From NCBI RefSeq assembly GCF_018977255.1, contig NW_024704743.1, positions 36,954,001 through 37,018,000 on the forward strand: a stretch of DNA of 64,000 nucleotides, read 5' to 3'. Below, piece by piece: positions 61,263 through 64,000 of this stretch; position 1 is the first letter of the stretch; each line of letters opens with the position of its first letter. This DNA is from Callorhinchus milii. Lineage: Eukaryota. The position numbers and the translations under genes were made by a program. A model generated the notes under the pieces. That model was given only the letters and a program-made list of their open reading frames with translations. It was not told the DNA's origin and ran no database searches.

Positions 61263-62894
61263 TTAAATATTTAAATACAGGTACTTAATATGTGTCTTGA
61301 ATAGCCCTGTAATCCATCTGCAATTATTGAAATCCAAAAGTTTAAATTTTTTTTGTATTGTTAAAGCTGCATATTCCATTAAAAAATACTTTAAAGTAAT
61401 TATCGTTACATGTAGTGATTATTGCAGCGCTCCATGACCCTAGCCTGCGTAAAGACCACTATATAATTGTAGCTGCTATGGTTTTGTAAGCAAACATGGC
61501 AGCTATTTGAATCAACAAGGGCCCACTTACAACACTGAGGAAACTGATCAGTTAATTTGATGGTCTGACTACAACAAGAGACTCCCTTCTCTTTTTAAAT
61601 AGTATGGGATCTTTAATGGCCAATTAAATAGGCGACTTGTTAAATGTTGCATCAAAAACACTGCACTTTGAACAATGCAGCTACTCCCAACATGTGGTCC
61701 TGAATCTTAAGCAGATTCAGAACCTTAAAATCAAACAGTTTGAACAGGTGGAATGTGCTGAACCCTTGTTTCTCAGAGAGGTAACCATTAATCATTTACA
61801 TGTGATAAGTTAATAATTTAGCCAAAAGCAAATTGACTCATGCAAAGCCAAGAAATATATCTAATTGTCTGTAAACTTAAGAGAGGCAGAAACCATTGTA
61901 CAACAGACAACATCAGACAGCACAATGAGTGGTAAATCTGCTTTCATAAGTTTTGAATAATTTGAGTGCAATGTATTTTAATAAGTTGAAATGCAGGTTC
62001 TGTAACACCTCATTCTTTTGAGTAACGATGCAATAATTAGCCATTTTATTCCAAAGTCGTCAAATACAGATATATCTTACCTAAAGTATTTTTTTAAAAT
62101 TTTTATAAAAAGGTTTAATAAATTGTATTTCTTAATTCGGCGGTACCAAAGAATTGCGTCTAAATGTAGCGATTCCTTAAGTATCAAATATGAATTATCA
62201 AGTATGACATGCCAGAAGTAACTCCCCCTCCCGAGTATTAAGATGTTATCACTGTGCAGTCCAAAGCCACACTCTGCAAGCTCCACATTAACAGTGTCAA
62301 AAAGTAATGTACTGGAAATATTTACCACACAACAGAGAATGTCTGTCAAGATGTGGCAGAATAGTTTCTATTGTGAACGGACTGAAGGAAAGCAATGTAA
62401 AAACTTAGAAATCTATGGGACGCTTCCTCGCGTGAAGGGCAAGCTTTATAAATGCAAGTTGTTATCTCGAAGACGTGACAAGGTGCTATATCAAATGCAA
62501 GGATTGTTATTATTGTTGTTGATATGGTAGCAGTTTAGGCTAAAAATCAAAGGGACGCAAAAGAAGGTTAAGGACTTGATTGAGCTCGTGAGGTGTCATA
62601 TCTCATTGGTTCAATTCCCCCTCACCACCAACAATCCACTGAACTTAGGATACAAAGACATCATGGTGTGTTCTGCTTTCCTAATAATTAAAATTCATTG
62701 AAATTCACCCAAAACCTTAATTGATATTTCCACAACGTTACTTTTCGTTCAGTAAATATGGTATTCCCTGTGCCAGCACTGAAATGCTGAGATCTGAGCA
62801 TTACTCAGGATCAAAGGCAGCAGCAGAGGCTGGGTGGCTGCAGCAATGGGTTCTGCGCATTTGTGTTGTGTAATGTGGGAATTTAAGCAGCTAA

Positions 62895-63260
62895 TAATTT
62901 CCTGTTGCTTTTCCAGCTAGGACCACCTTACCTGTTAGGGCTTTGGCTTGCGTGGCTAACAGGAGCCAAGTGGGAAAAATCCCAGCCCCAGTGTGCTCCT
63001 CCAAGTTCAGACTGGCTAATCAGTTAACAGCGTCCTGGAATACTGTATACCCTCCTGGCTCAGGAGCCGGACTGTGAACACCACCGGAGGATCGACTTGA
63101 TTCTGATAAACCATTGCCAGACACTTCATCTTGTAACCTTCCTGTATACTCTTCCCTACTAAGCCCTGTGTACCTCTCCCCTCCCCAGGACGACGGACAT
63201 TTATCCACCGAGAAACGGAGTAAGCAGCTGGTGAATTTAACATTTTTAACAAGAATGTTC
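62895..63260 (-). mobile_element. Unclassified repeat, upstream part
   Basis: Inverted match to 1740-1925 (gcaagccaaagccctaacaggta.ggtggtcctagctgga), weaker similarity further upstream. Confidence 0.6.
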
Positions 63261-64000
63261 CTTATTTCTTTACAGTCTGGTGTTACCTGGTGGGGATTTG
63301 AAGGCGCATTTAAAATTTACACGAACCAGAAAAGGAGAAAGCAATATCAGTTCTAGACAGATCAAAAGGATTGCAGTTCAAAAATGCATCAGCATCAACA
63401 TTAACCAAAGCTGAATGCATGAATAGATATGGAAAGATGCTGGAAGACTCCAAGTCCAAGAATGCAAGAGTAATGTAGTTTGCAGGTTGTTGGGATCATA
63501 GCCTTCCTGTTAGATTCTGAAACCATTTAATCTTAATGCCCAACCTTGGCAATGATGCTATGGTTTGTGGCACCATTTAAATCGGATGTTAAGATTAGAG
63601 CAGTGAAATCGCTTTCATTTATCCACTCTCTCTTGGCGATTCACTCAGGAGAAACCCAGCTTTGTGAGTAAGGAAAATTTGTGATGTGTTATGTCAATAT
63701 CAATTTCCCTAATGTGCTTAATAATGGGTTTGCTGATTACAGGCCCAGAATTCTGCACGGATTTAGTCTGCAAAGCCATTTTGCCTTAAAATTTAAGACT
63801 ACGCAGAACTGCAGAAAATTCTTAGATGCAGCCTTACTTTGGAAGACATTTAAATACAAAATACATAGTCAATATATTTACAATATATTCTGTGATGCGG
63901 TTTGAGAGATCTCCATGAGGTGGTAAGGTGCTATGTCAAATGCAAAGATTATTATTTATTGCTGCCCTAAAAAGAACTAGCTTCCAAATTAAGAGTGCTC

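Noticed and set aside
63020..63286. Terminal coding exon of a convergent host gene (88 aa, minus strand)
   Set aside because: The 3' part and flank align with the interspersed repeat at 1690-1925, so it is more likely repeat-derived; kept under the unclassified repeat finding.

Overview
Vertebrate genomic DNA, most likely a cartilaginous fish (inferred from the Deu-type and tRNA-derived SINEs and the L2, CR1 and Penelope repeats). The + strand carries 34 coding exons (exons 2-35 by human numbering; exon 1 not found, probably upstream of the window) of the kinesin-12 gene KIF15 (4232-49255). The three-exon gene TMEM42 follows (52446-55714) with a CpG-rich promoter, the same gene order as in human. 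Introns are packed with retroelements. Main oddities: (1) an apparent 1-bp deletion in KIF15 exon 14 that breaks the frame (assembly error or null allele); (2) a Penelope-like element with a GIY-YIG remnant, a decayed minimal hammerhead motif and two nested insertions; (3) a young tRNA-Ala-headed SINE sharing its tail hairpin with L2; (4) an unclassified poly(A)-tailed repeat family; (5) an L2 relic that grades into the TMEM42 CpG island; (6) a 31-bp minisatellite in TMEM42 intron 1. All alignments were done by eye and repeat boundaries are approximate.
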